From Escherichia coli (GTDB lineage: Bacteria; Pseudomonadota; Gammaproteobacteria; Enterobacterales; Enterobacteriaceae), in NCBI RefSeq assembly GCF_003334255.1, contig NZ_QOWU01000014.1: DNA of 64,000 nucleotides; one strand, written 5' to 3'. The translations under genes and the position numbers were made by a program. Each line of letters starts with the position of its first letter. The first letter of the stretch is position 1. Of the stretch, positions 38,562-50,556 are shown one piece after another. The notes under the pieces were generated by a model. It had not been told where the DNA came from and ran no database searches. It saw only the letters and a program-made list of their open reading frames with translations.

Positions 38562-39419
38562 ATGAAATCATCCACCACAATTATCACTGCATATTTTGAC
38601 ATTGGTAGAGGGGATTGGACTGCTAATAAAGGGTTCCGTGAAAAACTAGCTCGTTCAGTTGATGTTTATTTTAGTTACTTTGAGCGTCTGGCCGCACTTG
38701 AAAATGAGATGATTATTTTCACTTCTCCCGATTTGAAACCAAGGGTTGAAGCGATTCGCAACGGAAAACCAACAACGGTTATCGTTATCGATATAAAAAA
38801 GAAATTTAGATATATCAGAAGTCGTATCGAAAAAATTCAAAAAGATGAGTCGTTTACAAATAGACTTGAGCCTCGACAATTAAAAAACCCAGAGTACTGG
38901 TCACCAGAGTATGTTTTGGTATGTAACCTTAAGGCCTATTTTGTAAATAAAGCTATCAACATGGGCTTAGTGAAAACGCCTCTTGTTGCGTGGATAGATT
39001 TTGGCTATTGCCGTAAGCCAAATGTAACTCGAGGATTGAAAATTTGGGATTTCCCATTTGATGAAAGTAAGATGCATCTTTTCACTATAAAAAAAGGGCT
39101 TACTGTCACATCTCAACAACAGGTTTTTGATTTCATGATTGGCAATCATGTATATATTATTGGGGGCGCAATTGTTGGTTCACAGCATAAATGGAAAGAA
39201 TTCTATAAATTAGTTCTGGAAAGTCAAAAAATAACACTAAATAATAACATTGTGGACGATGACCAGGGCATTTTTGTCATGTGCTATTACAAACGCCCCG
39301 ATCTCTTCAACCTAAACTATCTGGGGAGAGGAAAATGGTTCGATTTGTTTCGCTGCTTCAGGAGTAACACTTTAGGGGCAAAAATGCAGGCGCTGAGAAT
39401 TTTCCTTTCAAGAAAATAG
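38562..39419 (+). CDS. htrL: HtrL/YibB family protein
   Basis: ORF 38547..39419, AT-rich; start trimmed to Met6; divergent from hldD. Confidence 0.82.
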   Translation: MKSSTTIITAYFDIGRGDWTANKGFREKLARSVDVYFSYFERLAALENEMIIFTSPDLKPRVEAIRNGKPTTVIVIDIKKKFRYIRSRIEKIQKDESFTNRLEPRQLKNPEYWSPEYVLVCNLKAYFVNKAINMGLVKTPLVAWIDFGYCRKPNVTRGLKIWDFPFDESKMHLFTIKKGLTVTSQQQVFDFMIGNHVYIIGGAIVGSQHKWKEFYKLVLESQKITLNNNIVDDDQGIFVMCYYKRPDLFNLNYLGRGKWFDLFRCFRSNTLGAKMQALRIFLSRK

Positions 39420-39693
39420 GTTTCCCTCCATTAGTGGGTAGCGTTTTGATACCAACTGAGATAGGAAAAATGATGCTTTGGCATCATTTTTTCTTTTTAT
39501 ATCAATGCAGTAAAATCAATCATCATTATGCCCAGCCAAAACTGTACAGTTTTTCTACTATCTGTAGGTGTTGAGAGACATCAAGTTACACGTTATTTAT
39601 CCTGAATTTTGCAGAAGTGTTAACGCGTTATCTCGTCGCGACCTATAAGTTTGGGTAATATGTGCTGGAATTTGCCCTGTCTGGAGAATCGCA

Positions 39694-40890
39694 ATGCGTG
39701 GAGAATTTTATCAGCAGTTAACCAACGATCTGGAAACCGCACGGGCGGAAGGGTTGTTTAAAGAAGAGCGCATTATTACGTCTGCGCAGCAAGCAGATAT
39801 CACTGTGGCTGATGGAAGCCACGTCATTAACTTTTGTGCCAACAACTATCTCGGGCTGGCGAATCATCCTGATCTGATTGCGGCGGCAAAGGCGGGAATG
39901 GATTCTCACGGTTTCGGCATGGCTTCGGTGCGTTTTATTTGCGGCACTCAGGACAGCCATAAAGAGCTTGAACAAAAACTGGCGGCCTTCCTGGGGATGG
40001 AAGATGCGATTCTCTACTCTTCCTGCTTTGATGCTAACGGTGGCCTGTTTGAAACGCTTCTGGGTGCGGAAGACGCCATTATCTCCGACGCACTGAACCA
40101 CGCGTCTATTATTGATGGTGTGCGTCTGTGCAAAGCTAAACGCTATCGCTATGCCAACAACGATATGCAGGAGCTGGAAGCACGTCTGAAAGAAGCGCGT
40201 GAAGCCGGTGCGCGTCATGTGCTGATCGCCACCGATGGTGTGTTCTCAATGGACGGCGTGATTGCCAACCTGAAGGGCGTTTGCGATCTGGCAGATAAAT
40301 ATGATGCCCTGGTGATGGTAGACGACTCCCACGCGGTCGGTTTTGTCGGTGAAAATGGTCGTGGTTCCCATGAATACTGCGATGTGATGGGCCGGGTCGA
40401 TATTATCACCGGTACGCTTGGTAAAGCGCTGGGCGGGGCTTCTGGTGGTTATACCGCGGCGCGCAAAGAAGTGGTTGAGTGGCTGCGCCAGCGTTCTCGT
40501 CCGTACCTGTTCTCCAACTCGCTGGCACCGGCCATTGTTGCCGCGTCCATCAAAGTACTGGAGATGGTCGAAGCGGGCAGCGAACTGCGTGACCGTCTGT
40601 GGGCGAACGCGCGTCAGTTCCGTGAGCAAATGTCGGCGGCGGGCTTTACCCTGGCGGGAGCCGATCACGCCATTATTCCGGTCATGCTTGGTGATGCGGT
40701 AGTGGCGCAGAAATTTGCCCGTGAGCTGCAAAAAGAGGGCATTTACGTTACCGGTTTCTTCTATCCGGTCGTTCCGAAAGGTCAGGCGCGTATTCGTACC
40801 CAGATGTCTGCGGCGCATACCCCTGAGCAAATTACGCGTGCAGTAGAAGCATTTACGCGTATTGGTAAACAACTGGGCGTTATCGCCTGA
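39694..40890 (+). CDS. kbl: 2-amino-3-ketobutyrate CoA ligase (glycine C-acetyltransferase)
   Basis: 398 aa PLP-dependent ORF. Confidence 0.97.
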   Translation: MRGEFYQQLTNDLETARAEGLFKEERIITSAQQADITVADGSHVINFCANNYLGLANHPDLIAAAKAGMDSHGFGMASVRFICGTQDSHKELEQKLAAFLGMEDAILYSSCFDANGGLFETLLGAEDAIISDALNHASIIDGVRLCKAKRYRYANNDMQELEARLKEAREAGARHVLIATDGVFSMDGVIANLKGVCDLADKYDALVMVDDSHAVGFVGENGRGSHEYCDVMGRVDIITGTLGKALGGASGGYTAARKEVVEWLRQRSRPYLFSNSLAPAIVAASIKVLEMVEAGSELRDRLWANARQFREQMSAAGFTLAGADHAIIPVMLGDAVVAQKFARELQKEGIYVTGFFYPVVPKGQARIRTQMSAAHTPEQITRAVEAFTRIGKQLGVIA

Positions 40891-40899
40891 GGATGTGAG

Positions 40900-41925
40900 A
40901 TGAAAGCGTTATCCAAACTGAAAGCGGAAGAGGGCATCTGGATGACCGACGTTCCTGTACCGGAACTCGGGCATAACGATCTGCTGATTAAAATCCGTAA
41001 AACAGCCATCTGCGGGACTGACGTTCACATCTATAACTGGGATGAGTGGTCGCAAAAAACCATCCCGGTGCCGATGGTCGTGGGCCATGAATATGTCGGT
41101 GAAGTGGTAGGTATTGGTCAGGAAGTGAAAGGCTTCAAGATCGGCGATCGCGTTTCTGGCGAAGGCCATATCACCTGTGGTCATTGCCGCAACTGTCGTG
41201 GTGGTCGTACCCATTTGTGCCGCAACACGATAGGCGTTGGTGTTAATCGCCCGGGCTGCTTTGCCGAATATCTGGTGATCCCGGCATTCAACGCCTTCAA
41301 AATCCCCGACAATATTTCCGATGACTTAGCCGCAATTTTTGATCCCTTCGGTAACGCCGTGCATACCGCGCTGTCGTTTGATCTGGTGGGCGAAGATGTG
41401 CTGGTTTCTGGTGCAGGTCCGATAGGTATTATGGCTGCGGCGGTGGCGAAACACGTTGGTGCACGCAATGTGGTGATCACCGATGTTAACGAATACCGCC
41501 TTGAGCTGGCGCGCAAAATGGGTATCACCCGTGCGGTTAACGTCGCGAAAGAAAACCTTAATGATGTGATGGCTGAACTGGGCATGACCGAAGGCTTTGA
41601 TGTCGGTCTGGAAATGTCCGGCGCGCCGCCAGCGTTTCGTACCATGCTCGATACCATGAACCACGGCGGTCGTATTGCGATGCTGGGTATTCCACCGTCT
41701 GACATGTCTATCGACTGGACCAAAGTGATCTTTAAAGGCTTGTTCATTAAAGGCATTTACGGTCGTGAGATGTTTGAAACCTGGTACAAGATGGCGGCGC
41801 TGATTCAGTCTGGCCTCGATCTCTCGCCGATCATTACCCATCGTTTCTCTATCGATGATTTCCAGAAGGGCTTTGACGCCATGCGTTCGGGCCAGTCCGG
41901 GAAAGTTATTCTGAGCTGGGATTAA
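40900..41925 (+). CDS. tdh: L-threonine 3-dehydrogenase
   Basis: 341 aa zinc-ADH ORF, 9 nt after kbl. Confidence 0.97.
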   Translation: MKALSKLKAEEGIWMTDVPVPELGHNDLLIKIRKTAICGTDVHIYNWDEWSQKTIPVPMVVGHEYVGEVVGIGQEVKGFKIGDRVSGEGHITCGHCRNCRGGRTHLCRNTIGVGVNRPGCFAEYLVIPAFNAFKIPDNISDDLAAIFDPFGNAVHTALSFDLVGEDVLVSGAGPIGIMAAAVAKHVGARNVVITDVNEYRLELARKMGITRAVNVAKENLNDVMAELGMTEGFDVGLEMSGAPPAFRTMLDTMNHGGRIAMLGIPPSDMSIDWTKVIFKGLFIKGIYGREMFETWYKMAALIQSGLDLSPIITHRFSIDDFQKGFDAMRSGQSGKVILSWD

Positions 41926-41930
41926 CACGA

Positions 41931-41958
41931 AAAAGGGCTGGTATTCCAGCCCTTTTGC
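41931..41958 (+). terminator. tdh rho-independent terminator
   Basis: Hairpin gggctggtattccagccc followed by TTTT. Confidence 0.7.
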
Positions 41959-42163
41959 CTGAGGATAATCCGTTAAATATGTAAAATCCTGTCAGTGTAA
42001 TAAAGATATCGTAATTGCGCTGATCTCTTATATAGCTGCTCTCATTATCTCTCTACCCTGAAGTGACTCTCTCACCTGTAAAAATAATATCTCACAGGCT
42101 TAATAGTTTCTTAATACAAAGCCTGTAAAACGTCAGGATAACTTCAGAGGTCGTCGGTAATTT

Positions 42164-43198
42164 ATGATGAACAGCACCAATAAACTTAGTGTTATTATTC
42201 CGTTATATAATGCGGGCGATGATTTCCGCACTTGTATGGAATCTTTAATTACGCAAACCTGGACTGCTCTGGAAATCATTATTATTAACGATGGTTCAAC
42301 GGATAATTCTGTTGAAATAGCAAAGCATTACGCAGAAAACTATCCGCACGTTCGTTTGTTGCATCAGGCGAATGCTGGCGCATCGGTGGCGCGTAATCGT
42401 GGGATCGAGGTGGCAACGGGCAAATATGTCGCTTTTGTCGATGCTGACGATGAAGTCTATCCCACCATGTACGAAACGCTGATGACCATGGCGTTAGAGG
42501 ACGACCTCGATGTAGCGCAGTGCAACGCTGACTGGTGTTTTCGTGAAACGGGAGAAACCTGGCAATCTATCCCCAGCGATCGCCTTCGCTCAACCGGTGT
42601 ATTAACCGGCCCGGACTGGCTGCGGATGGGGCTTTCTTCGCGCCGTTGGACTCACGTTGTCTGGATGGGGGTTTATCGCCGCGATGTTATTGTTAAAAAT
42701 AACATTAAATTTATTGCCGGATTACATCATCAGGATATTGTCTGGACAACAGAATTCATGTTTAATGCGCTGCGTGCGCGATATACCGAGCAATCATTAT
42801 ATAAATATTATCTGCATAATACGTCAGTGAGTCGGTTGCATAGACAAGGGAATAAAAACCTTAATTATCAACGTCACTATATTAAGATTACCCGCCTGCT
42901 GGAGAAATTAAATCGAAATTATGCCGACAAAATTACGATTTATCCGGAATTTCATCAGCAAATAACTTACGAAGCATTGCGTGTTTGCCATGCGGTGCGC
43001 AAAGAGCCGGATATTCTTACCCGCCAACGGATGATTGCCGAGATATTTACTTCCGGTATGTATAAGCGCCTGATTACCAATGTGCGCAGCGTGAAGGTGG
43101 GTTACCAGGCGTTACTGTGGTCTTTCCGCTTATGGCAATGGCGCGACAAAACGCGGTCGCACCATCGCATTACGCGTAGCGCCTTTAATTTGCGCTAG
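42164..43198 (+). CDS. waaH: GT2-family glycosyltransferase WaaH/YibD
   Basis: 344 aa ORF; GT2 N-terminus (LSVIIPLYNAGDDF, DADDEVYP). Confidence 0.88.
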   Translation: MMNSTNKLSVIIPLYNAGDDFRTCMESLITQTWTALEIIIINDGSTDNSVEIAKHYAENYPHVRLLHQANAGASVARNRGIEVATGKYVAFVDADDEVYPTMYETLMTMALEDDLDVAQCNADWCFRETGETWQSIPSDRLRSTGVLTGPDWLRMGLSSRRWTHVVWMGVYRRDVIVKNNIKFIAGLHHQDIVWTTEFMFNALRARYTEQSLYKYYLHNTSVSRLHRQGNKNLNYQRHYIKITRLLEKLNRNYADKITIYPEFHQQITYEALRVCHAVRKEPDILTRQRMIAEIFTSGMYKRLITNVRSVKVGYQALLWSFRLWQWRDKTRSHHRITRSAFNLR

Positions 43199-44144
43199 CG
43201 TTAAACTTCGCCGCTTCGGGCTGTTTGCCCCAGCCTTGCCACTGATGCTGGAAGTAAACGATCAGCGTGCTCTGGCTGATGCTTTCGCTTAATACTTCAA
43301 AGAAGCGATTAGCATAAACAGGTTCTATCGGTTTCTTCGGTTTGCACAGCTTCACGCCACGGAACGGATTACGCGGTGCATCAGGCACAGCGTTTTTCGG
43401 CGGTGTAGAAGTATCAACCTGCGGTTCATTCAGCAAGCTGCTGGCTTTCACCAGCGTAATGTCTGGCGGCAGGTTATAAACCATCTGTTGCAACACGCGT
43501 ACCGTTGCAGGGTGAGGATGCCCAATGGCAATGGTCGAACCGTTGCGACGCGCCAGGTCAATTGCGCGATTAAATTGCACACGGATGTCCGCTTCATTTT
43601 GCGAATCGTCGAGGAATACCTTCCGTTTGATCACCTTCACGCCAGTGCCTTGCGCGGCGCGCATCGCCTGGGTATTACCGATGGTTACGCTGTCGAGGAA
43701 GTAAAGATTGTAACGCTCCAGCGCCTGCATCACTTTCTGCATACCAAACAGGTTAGAGGTCATCTTGCTGCCCATGTGGTTGTTGATCCCCACGGCATAG
43801 GGCACGTTATTGACCGCACTACGAATAATGCGCTCAATTTCGTCGCTGCTCATCTCCGGGCGTAGCGTATTTTTCTCCAGCGGCTGTTTACTCAACGGTG
43901 CCATCGGGAGATGAATCAACACTTCGTGCCCGCTGTTATGCGCTTTGGTCGCCATCTCTCTGGCGTGCGGTGAATCGGGTAATACAGCGACGGAGATAGC
44001 GGAAGGCATCGCCAGCACCTGGTTTTCGTTGTGCGGGCGATACCCAAAATCATCAATGACGATGGCAAGTTTGCCAGCAAGTACGGGGGAGGAGAGCGCC
44101 AACAGAGCGGCAAATGCAAGAACGTTACGACGAAATGGAAACAA
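43185..44144 (-). CDS. yibQ: divergent polysaccharide deacetylase family protein YibQ
   Basis: 319 aa ORF with signal peptide; 3' end overlaps waaH 3' end convergently by 14 nt. Confidence 0.85.
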   Translation of the reverse strand: MFPFRRNVLAFAALLALSSPVLAGKLAIVIDDFGYRPHNENQVLAMPSAISVAVLPDSPHAREMATKAHNSGHEVLIHLPMAPLSKQPLEKNTLRPEMSSDEIERIIRSAVNNVPYAVGINNHMGSKMTSNLFGMQKVMQALERYNLYFLDSVTIGNTQAMRAAQGTGVKVIKRKVFLDDSQNEADIRVQFNRAIDLARRNGSTIAIGHPHPATVRVLQQMVYNLPPDITLVKASSLLNEPQVDTSTPPKNAVPDAPRNPFRGVKLCKPKKPIEPVYANRFFEVLSESISQSTLIVYFQHQWQGWGKQPEAAKFNASAN

Positions 44145-44147
44145 AAC

Positions 44148-45407
44148 TTATCTTCCCAACCACGGCTGTGGATTGACCGCCTGACCCTGGCGGCGAATTT
44201 CGAAATAGAGTGAAGGCCGACCCTGACCGCCACTGCTGCCCACCAGTGCAATCGGCTGGCCCGCGCGAACCTGCGAACCAACGCTCACCAGTGCGCTCTG
44301 ATTATAGCCGTAAAGACTCATGTCGCCTTTACCATGCTCAACCACCACCACCAGACCGTAGCCTTGCAGCCAGTCAGCCAGAATCACCCGACCGTCGGCA
44401 ATCGCTTTAACTTCAGTACCTTCAGAAGCACCGATAACCATACCTTTCCAGCGTAATTCACCCTGTAGCTGTTCGCCATAGCGATGCAGCGTCGGCCCGC
44501 GAACCGGCCAGAATGCCTGACCACGCGGCGCGCCCAGACCACCGGTACGGGACATCAGCGATTTTTCGCTTTCGGTCGGTTTGTAGGTGGTGCCTTTGCG
44601 CGTCGCTTCTTTCTGGCGGTCGCGAACCGCCTGGGCCTCACGTGCTTCTCGTTCTGCACGCGCTTTCGCCGCGGCTTCCGCACGGGCAATGCTGTTACGC
44701 AGACGGGATTCGTTGGCGCGCAGCTCGCTCAACTGTTGCTGACCTTGCTGGATGGAAGACTCCAGCCCTGCCAGCGTCTTTTTACGCTCGTTCAGCGCCT
44801 GAGTCAGTTTCGCCTGTTGGGCGCGCTGCTCATATAACAGCGTTTGTTGCTCGCTCTGTTTCTCTTCCAGTTCAGCACGCTGCATGGCGACTTCTTCACG
44901 CGTTTGCTTCAACTGGGCAATGGTTTCTTGTCGCGCCTGGTTGAGATAGCCGAAATAAGCCTGTAAACGCTGTCCACGCTGGCTTTCTTCACCGCTGAGA
45001 ATCAGCTGAATACCGGTATGCTCGCCCTGACGGAATGCGGCATCCAGTTGTGCGGCGAGGCTGCGCTCCTGGGCGGCTTTTTGCTGCTCCAGTTTGGCAA
45101 TCGACGCGTTCATCTCATCAATCTGTTTATTGAGTTGATTGAGCGTGTTTTGCGTTTCGCGCAGCTTACGGGTGGCTTCAGAGATCGCTTCTTCCTGCTT
45201 TTTCAATTGTGCGAGCAGGCTTGCGCGTTGTTGTTGCTTTTGGCGTACCGCGCGCTCTTTTGCGGCGATGTCAGCCTGAATAGATTTGAGTTGGTCACGC
45301 TCATCCGCGTGGGCGGAAAAGGCGCACAACAATACGCCAGCGCTAAGAACGCTGGCGTAGATGATGGGCCTGATTGCAAACCTGCGCGGTTTCACGGCCC
45401 GTGTCAT
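44148..45407 (-). CDS. envC: murein hydrolase activator EnvC (coiled-coil plus LytM domain)
   Basis: ORF 44148..45431; start trimmed to Met9; long coiled-coil then LytM-like C-terminus. Confidence 0.9.
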   Translation of the reverse strand: MTRAVKPRRFAIRPIIYASVLSAGVLLCAFSAHADERDQLKSIQADIAAKERAVRQKQQQRASLLAQLKKQEEAISEATRKLRETQNTLNQLNKQIDEMNASIAKLEQQKAAQERSLAAQLDAAFRQGEHTGIQLILSGEESQRGQRLQAYFGYLNQARQETIAQLKQTREEVAMQRAELEEKQSEQQTLLYEQRAQQAKLTQALNERKKTLAGLESSIQQGQQQLSELRANESRLRNSIARAEAAAKARAEREAREAQAVRDRQKEATRKGTTYKPTESEKSLMSRTGGLGAPRGQAFWPVRGPTLHRYGEQLQGELRWKGMVIGASEGTEVKAIADGRVILADWLQGYGLVVVVEHGKGDMSLYGYNQSALVSVGSQVRAGQPIALVGSSGGQGRPSLYFEIRRQGQAVNPQPWLGR

Positions 45408-45440
45408 GGTATTAATCGCCTTTCCCCTCATGGGGAGGGA

Positions 45441-46985
45441 TTATTCCACGATGAACAGCGGCTTACCAGTCATCTCTTGCGGGATTTCCATACCCATCAG
45501 CGACAACATGGTCGGCGCGATGTCAGAAAGTTTGCCGCCTTCAACCGCTTTCACGTTCTTATCACCAACGTAAATCAGCGGAACTGGCAGGTTGGTGTGT
45601 GCCGTGTGTGCCTGACCCGTTGCCGGATCGCGCATCTGCTCAGCGTTACCGTGGTCAGCGGTGATCAGCAGTTGTCCACCCACGGACTCAACCGCTTTCG
45701 CGACTTCTTCCACGCAGTGATCCAGCGCTTCAACCGCTTTAACCGCCGCTTCCATCACCCCGGTGTGACCTACCATGTCGCCGTTCGGATAGTTACAGAT
45801 GATGGTGTCGTATTTGCCGCTCTTGATGGCCGCAACCAGTTTTTCGGTCAGCTCTGCGGAGCTCATTTCCGGTTGCAGATCGTAGGTAGCCACTTTCGGT
45901 GAGTTGATCAGAATGCGATCTTCGCCTTTGAACGACTCTTCTACGCCACCGTTGAAGAAGAAAGTAACGTGGGCATATTTTTCGGTTTCGGAAATACGCA
46001 ACTGAGTTTTGTCGTTTTTCGCCATCCACTCGCCGAAGGTGTTAACCAGGGAAGCGGGTGGGTAAGCAACCGCAGTTTTGATGTCAGCGGCGTATTCGGT
46101 CAGCATCACGAAATCGACGTTAACCACTTTCTTACGCGCGAAGCCATCGAAATCAGCGTTCACGAAAGCACGAGTGATTTCACGCGCGCGGTCAGCACGG
46201 AAGTTCATGAAAATCAGTGCATCGCCGTCTTCCATTGCCGCGTCTGGCTGACCTTCAGCACGGATAACGGTCGCTTTCACGAATTCATCATTTTCGTCGC
46301 GAGCATAAGCAGCCTGCAAACCAGCAACGGCGGTATCGGCCTGGAACTCGCCCTGCGCCAGAGTCAGCAGGTCATAAGCTTTTTCTACGCGATCCCAACG
46401 GTTATCGCGGTCCATCGCGTAGTAACGACCAATGATGGACGCTACGCGGCCTTTGCCCAGCGCGGCAAATTTTTCTTCGAATTTTTTCAGCGAGGATTCA
46501 GCACTGCGCGGCGGAGTGTCGCGACCGTCAAGGAATGCGTGCAGGTAGATTTTTTCTGCGCCACGTTCAGCTGCCAGTTCTACCATCGCCATGATGTGAT
46601 CTTCGTGGCTGTGTACGCCGCCTGCGGAGAGCAGACCCATAATGTGTACCGCTTTGCCTGCGTTTTTCGCTTTATTTACCGCGCCAGTCAGCACCGGATT
46701 AGCAAAGAAAGCGCGATCTTTGATTTCAACGTCCAGACGAGTCAGGTCCTGATACACGATGCGGCCGGCACCCAGGTTAACGTGGCCTACTTCGGAGTTA
46801 CCCATCTGACGGTCAGGCAGACCGACTTCCAGACCGGAAGCGTCGATTAGGGTATGCGGACGATTGGCCCACAGTGCATCCATTACCGGGGTTTTAGCAC
46901 TAAAAATGGCGTTATCCTGCTGTTCTTCGCGATAGCCATAGCCATCCAGAATCACCAGTACCATAGGTTTTTTAGAAACCGACAT
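45441..46985 (-). CDS. gpmM: 2,3-bisphosphoglycerate-independent phosphoglycerate mutase
   Basis: ORF 45441..47129 starts at an upstream alternative start; trimmed to [17 protein letters not shown] (514 aa). Confidence 0.95.
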   Translation of the reverse strand: MSVSKKPMVLVILDGYGYREEQQDNAIFSAKTPVMDALWANRPHTLIDASGLEVGLPDRQMGNSEVGHVNLGAGRIVYQDLTRLDVEIKDRAFFANPVLTGAVNKAKNAGKAVHIMGLLSAGGVHSHEDHIMAMVELAAERGAEKIYLHAFLDGRDTPPRSAESSLKKFEEKFAALGKGRVASIIGRYYAMDRDNRWDRVEKAYDLLTLAQGEFQADTAVAGLQAAYARDENDEFVKATVIRAEGQPDAAMEDGDALIFMNFRADRAREITRAFVNADFDGFARKKVVNVDFVMLTEYAADIKTAVAYPPASLVNTFGEWMAKNDKTQLRISETEKYAHVTFFFNGGVEESFKGEDRILINSPKVATYDLQPEMSSAELTEKLVAAIKSGKYDTIICNYPNGDMVGHTGVMEAAVKAVEALDHCVEEVAKAVESVGGQLLITADHGNAEQMRDPATGQAHTAHTNLPVPLIYVGDKNVKAVEGGKLSDIAPTMLSLMGMEIPQEMTGKPLFIVE

Positions 46986-47229
46986 TGCGACAACCTCATA
47001 CTCAAGAGTCAAAATTTGCGTAATTTTACTACAGCTGAATCGATAAAATAGCCTCTGAAGATCAAAATATACGACCGCTCGCGGCAAGCCGATGCCAGAT
47101 TTACGCTTTTTTTTCGTCGCGCCCCGCAAAATTGCATTCCAGTTAACGCGCTGGCTGTATTTGCCGCACCGCGCAGGTATACTCCTTTCCTGGTTTTTTT
47201 AATCACTACGTCGGGAGTTGTTACCCCCC

Positions 47230-47661
47230 ATGCAAGAAATTATGCAATTTGTTGGCCGTCATCCCATACTGAGTATCGCCTGGATCGCGTTACTGGTGGC
47301 GGTTCTTGTGACTACGTTTAAGAGCCTGACCTCGAAAGTGAAGGTGATTACTCGTGGTGAAGCTACGCGTCTGATCAACAAAGAAGACGCTGTGGTTGTG
47401 GATTTACGTCAGCGTGATGACTTCCGTAAAGGCCATATCGCAGGTTCTATTAATCTGTTGCCGAGCGAAATCAAAGCCAACAATGTTGGTGAGCTTGAGA
47501 AGCACAAAGACAAACCGGTTATCGTGGTAGACGGTTCTGGCATGCAGTGCCAGGAGCCTGCAAACGCACTGACGAAAGCTGGTTTTGCGCAAGTATTCGT
47601 GCTGAAAGAAGGCGTCGCTGGCTGGGCTGGCGAAAACTTGCCTTTGGTGCGCGGCAAATAA
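47230..47661 (+). CDS. yibN: rhodanese-domain inner membrane protein YibN
   Basis: ORF 47218..47661; start trimmed to [12 protein letters not shown]. Confidence 0.88.
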
Positions 47662-47802
47662 TTTACCTGTCGTCTTTCATGATGCAGGCCGTTAGCTGCA
47701 ATTAGGCCCCCAGCGACTTATTGTTATAAGCTTCTGGGGACACTCCATTTTGCTGCCGCCCTGCAACATGAAATTTCAGGGTAAAAAAACAGGAGCTAAT
47801 TT

Positions 47803-48054
47803 ATGGCCAATGTTGAAATCTATACCAAAGAAACCTGCCCGTATTGCCATCGTGCAAAAGCACTGCTGAGCAGCAAGGGCGTGAGTTTCCAGGAGCTGCC
47901 GATCGATGGCAACGCCGCCAAGCGTGAAGAGATGATCAAACGCAGCGGTCGCACCACGGTTCCCCAGATTTTTATTGACGCACAGCACATTGGCGGCTGT
48001 GATGACTTGTATGCATTGGATGCACGTGGTGGACTGGATCCCCTGCTGAAATAA
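47803..48054 (+). CDS. grxC: glutaredoxin 3
   Basis: 83 aa ORF with CPYC active site. Confidence 0.96.
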
Positions 48055-48116
48055 CGTGTGAACGTTGGCATTACATTGCGCAGTATTTAAGGACAACACT
48101 TAAGGGTTTTCTACAC

Positions 48117-48584
48117 ATGTCAGAACAAAACAACACTGAAATGACTTTCCAGATCCAACGTATTTATACCAAGGATATCTCTTTCGAAGCGCCGAACGCG
48201 CCGCACGTTTTCCAGAAAGATTGGCAACCAGAAGTTAAACTTGATCTGGATACGGCATCTTCCCAACTGGCAGATGACGTATACGAAGTGGTACTGCGTG
48301 TTACCGTAACGGCCTCTTTGGGCGAAGAAACCGCGTTCCTGTGTGAAGTTCAGCAGGGCGGTATTTTCTCCATCGCGGGTATCGAAGGCACCCAGATGGC
48401 GCATTGCCTGGGAGCATACTGCCCGAACATTCTGTTCCCGTATGCTCGTGAGTGCATCACCAGCATGGTATCCCGCGGTACATTCCCGCAACTGAACCTT
48501 GCGCCGGTTAACTTCGATGCGCTGTTCATGAACTATTTGCAGCAGCAGGCTGGCGAAGGTACTGAAGAACATCAGGATGCCTGA
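48117..48584 (+). CDS. secB: protein-export chaperone SecB
   Basis: 155 aa [32 protein letters not shown]. Confidence 0.97.
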
Positions 48585-49603
48585 TGAACCAACGTAATGC
48601 TTCAATGACTGTGATCGGTGCCGGCTCGTACGGCACCGCTCTTGCCATCACCCTGGCAAGAAATGGCCACGAGGTTGTCCTCTGGGGCCATGACCCTGAA
48701 CATATCGCAACGCTTGAACGCGACCGCTGTAACGCCGCGTTTCTCCCCGATGTGCCTTTTCCCGATACGCTCCATCTTGAAAGCGATCTCGCCACTGCGC
48801 TGGCAGCCAGCCGTAATATTCTCGTCGTCGTACCCAGCCATGTCTTTGGTGAAGTGCTGCGCCAGATTAAACCACTGATGCGTCCTGATGCGCGTCTGGT
48901 GTGGGCGACCAAAGGGCTGGAAGCGGAAACCGGACGTCTGTTACAGGACGTGGCGCGTGAGGCCTTAGGCGATCAAATTCCGCTGGCGGTTATCTCTGGC
49001 CCAACGTTTGCGAAAGAACTGGCGGCAGGTTTACCGACAGCTATTTCGCTGGCCTCGACCGATCAGACCTTTGCCGATGATCTCCAGCAGCTGCTGCACT
49101 GCGGCAAAAGTTTCCGCGTTTACAGCAATCCGGATTTCATTGGCGTGCAGCTTGGCGGCGCGGTGAAAAACGTTATTGCCATTGGTGCGGGGATGTCCGA
49201 CGGTATCGGTTTTGGTGCGAATGCGCGTACGGCGCTGATCACCCGTGGGCTGGCTGAAATGTCGCGTCTTGGTGCGGTGCTGGGTGCCGACCCTGCCACC
49301 TTTATGGGCATGGCGGGGCTTGGCGATCTGGTGCTTACCTGTACCGACAACCAGTCGCGTAACCGCCGTTTTGGCATGATGCTCGGTCAGGGCATGGATG
49401 TACAAAGCGCGCAGGAGAAGATTGGTCAGGTGGTGGAAGGCTACCGCAATACGAAAGAAGTCCGCGAACTGGCGCATCGCTTCGGCGTTGAAATGCCAAT
49501 AACCGAGGAAATTTATCAAGTATTATATTGCGGAAAAAAAGCGCGCGAGGCAGCATTGACTTTACTAGGTCGTGCACGCAAGGACGAGCGCAGCAGCCAC
49601 TAA
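48584..49603 (+). CDS. gpsA: NAD(P)H-dependent glycerol-3-phosphate dehydrogenase
   Basis: 339 aa ORF; start overlaps secB stop by 1 nt. Confidence 0.97.
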   Translation: MNQRNASMTVIGAGSYGTALAITLARNGHEVVLWGHDPEHIATLERDRCNAAFLPDVPFPDTLHLESDLATALAASRNILVVVPSHVFGEVLRQIKPLMRPDARLVWATKGLEAETGRLLQDVAREALGDQIPLAVISGPTFAKELAAGLPTAISLASTDQTFADDLQQLLHCGKSFRVYSNPDFIGVQLGGAVKNVIAIGAGMSDGIGFGANARTALITRGLAEMSRLGAVLGADPATFMGMAGLGDLVLTCTDNQSRNRRFGMMLGQGMDVQSAQEKIGQVVEGYRNTKEVRELAHRFGVEMPITEEIYQVLYCGKKAREAALTLLGRARKDERSSH

Positions 49604-49682
49604 CCCCAGGGAACCTTTGTTACCGCTATGACCCGGCCCGCGCAGAACGGGCCGGTCATTATCTCATCGTGTGGAGTAAGCA

Positions 49683-50504
49683 ATGTCGTGTGAAGAACTG
49701 GAAATTGTCTGGAACAATATTAAAGCCGAAGCCAGAACGCTGGCGGACTGTGAGCCAATGCTGGCCAGTTTTTACCACGCGACGCTACTCAAGCACGAAA
49801 ACCTTGGCAGTGCACTGAGCTACATGCTGGCGAACAAGCTGTCATCGCCAATTATGCCTGCTATTGCTATCCGTGAAGTGGTGGAAGAAGCCTACGCCGC
49901 TGACCCGGAAATGATCGCCTCTGCGGCCTGTGATATTCAGGCGGTGCGTACCCGCGACCCGGCAGTCGATAAATACTCAACCCCGTTGTTATACCTGAAG
50001 GGTTTTCATGCCTTGCAGGCCTATCGCATCGGTCACTGGTTGTGGAATCAGGGGCGTCGCGCACTGGCAATCTTTCTGCAAAACCAGGTTTCTGTGACGT
50101 TCCAGGTCGATATTCACCCGGCAGCAAAAATTGGTCGCGGTATCATGCTTGACCACGCGACAGGCATCGTCGTTGGTGAAACGGCGGTGATTGAAAACGA
50201 CGTATCGATTCTGCAATCTGTGACGCTTGGCGGTACGGGTAAATCTGGTGGTGACCGTCACCCGAAAATTCGTGAAGGTGTGATGATTGGCGCGGGCGCG
50301 AAAATCCTCGGCAATATTGAAGTTGGGCGCGGCGCGAAGATTGGCGCAGGTTCCGTGGTGCTGCAACCGGTGCCGCCGCATACCACCGCCGCTGGCGTTC
50401 CGGCTCGTATTGTCGGTAAACCAGACAGCGATAAGCCATCAATGGATATGGACCAGCATTTCAACGGTATTAACCATACATTTGAGTATGGGGATGGGAT
50501 CTAA
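49683..50504 (+). CDS. cysE: serine O-acetyltransferase
   Basis: 273 aa ORF with hexapeptide repeats. Confidence 0.97.
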   Translation: MSCEELEIVWNNIKAEARTLADCEPMLASFYHATLLKHENLGSALSYMLANKLSSPIMPAIAIREVVEEAYAADPEMIASAACDIQAVRTRDPAVDKYSTPLLYLKGFHALQAYRIGHWLWNQGRRALAIFLQNQVSVTFQVDIHPAAKIGRGIMLDHATGIVVGETAVIENDVSILQSVTLGGTGKSGGDRHPKIREGVMIGAGAKILGNIEVGRGAKIGAGSVVLQPVPPHTTAAGVPARIVGKPDSDKPSMDMDQHFNGINHTFEYGDGI

Positions 50505-50556
50505 TGTCCTGTGATCGTGCCGGATGCGATGTAATCATCTATCCGGCCTACAGTAA

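Noticed and set aside
45018-46850. Two plus-strand ORFs of about 290 aa (45018..45902 and 45969..46850)
   Set aside because: Antisense to envC and gpmM; low-complexity Arg/His/Gln-rich translations typical of reverse-frame artefacts.
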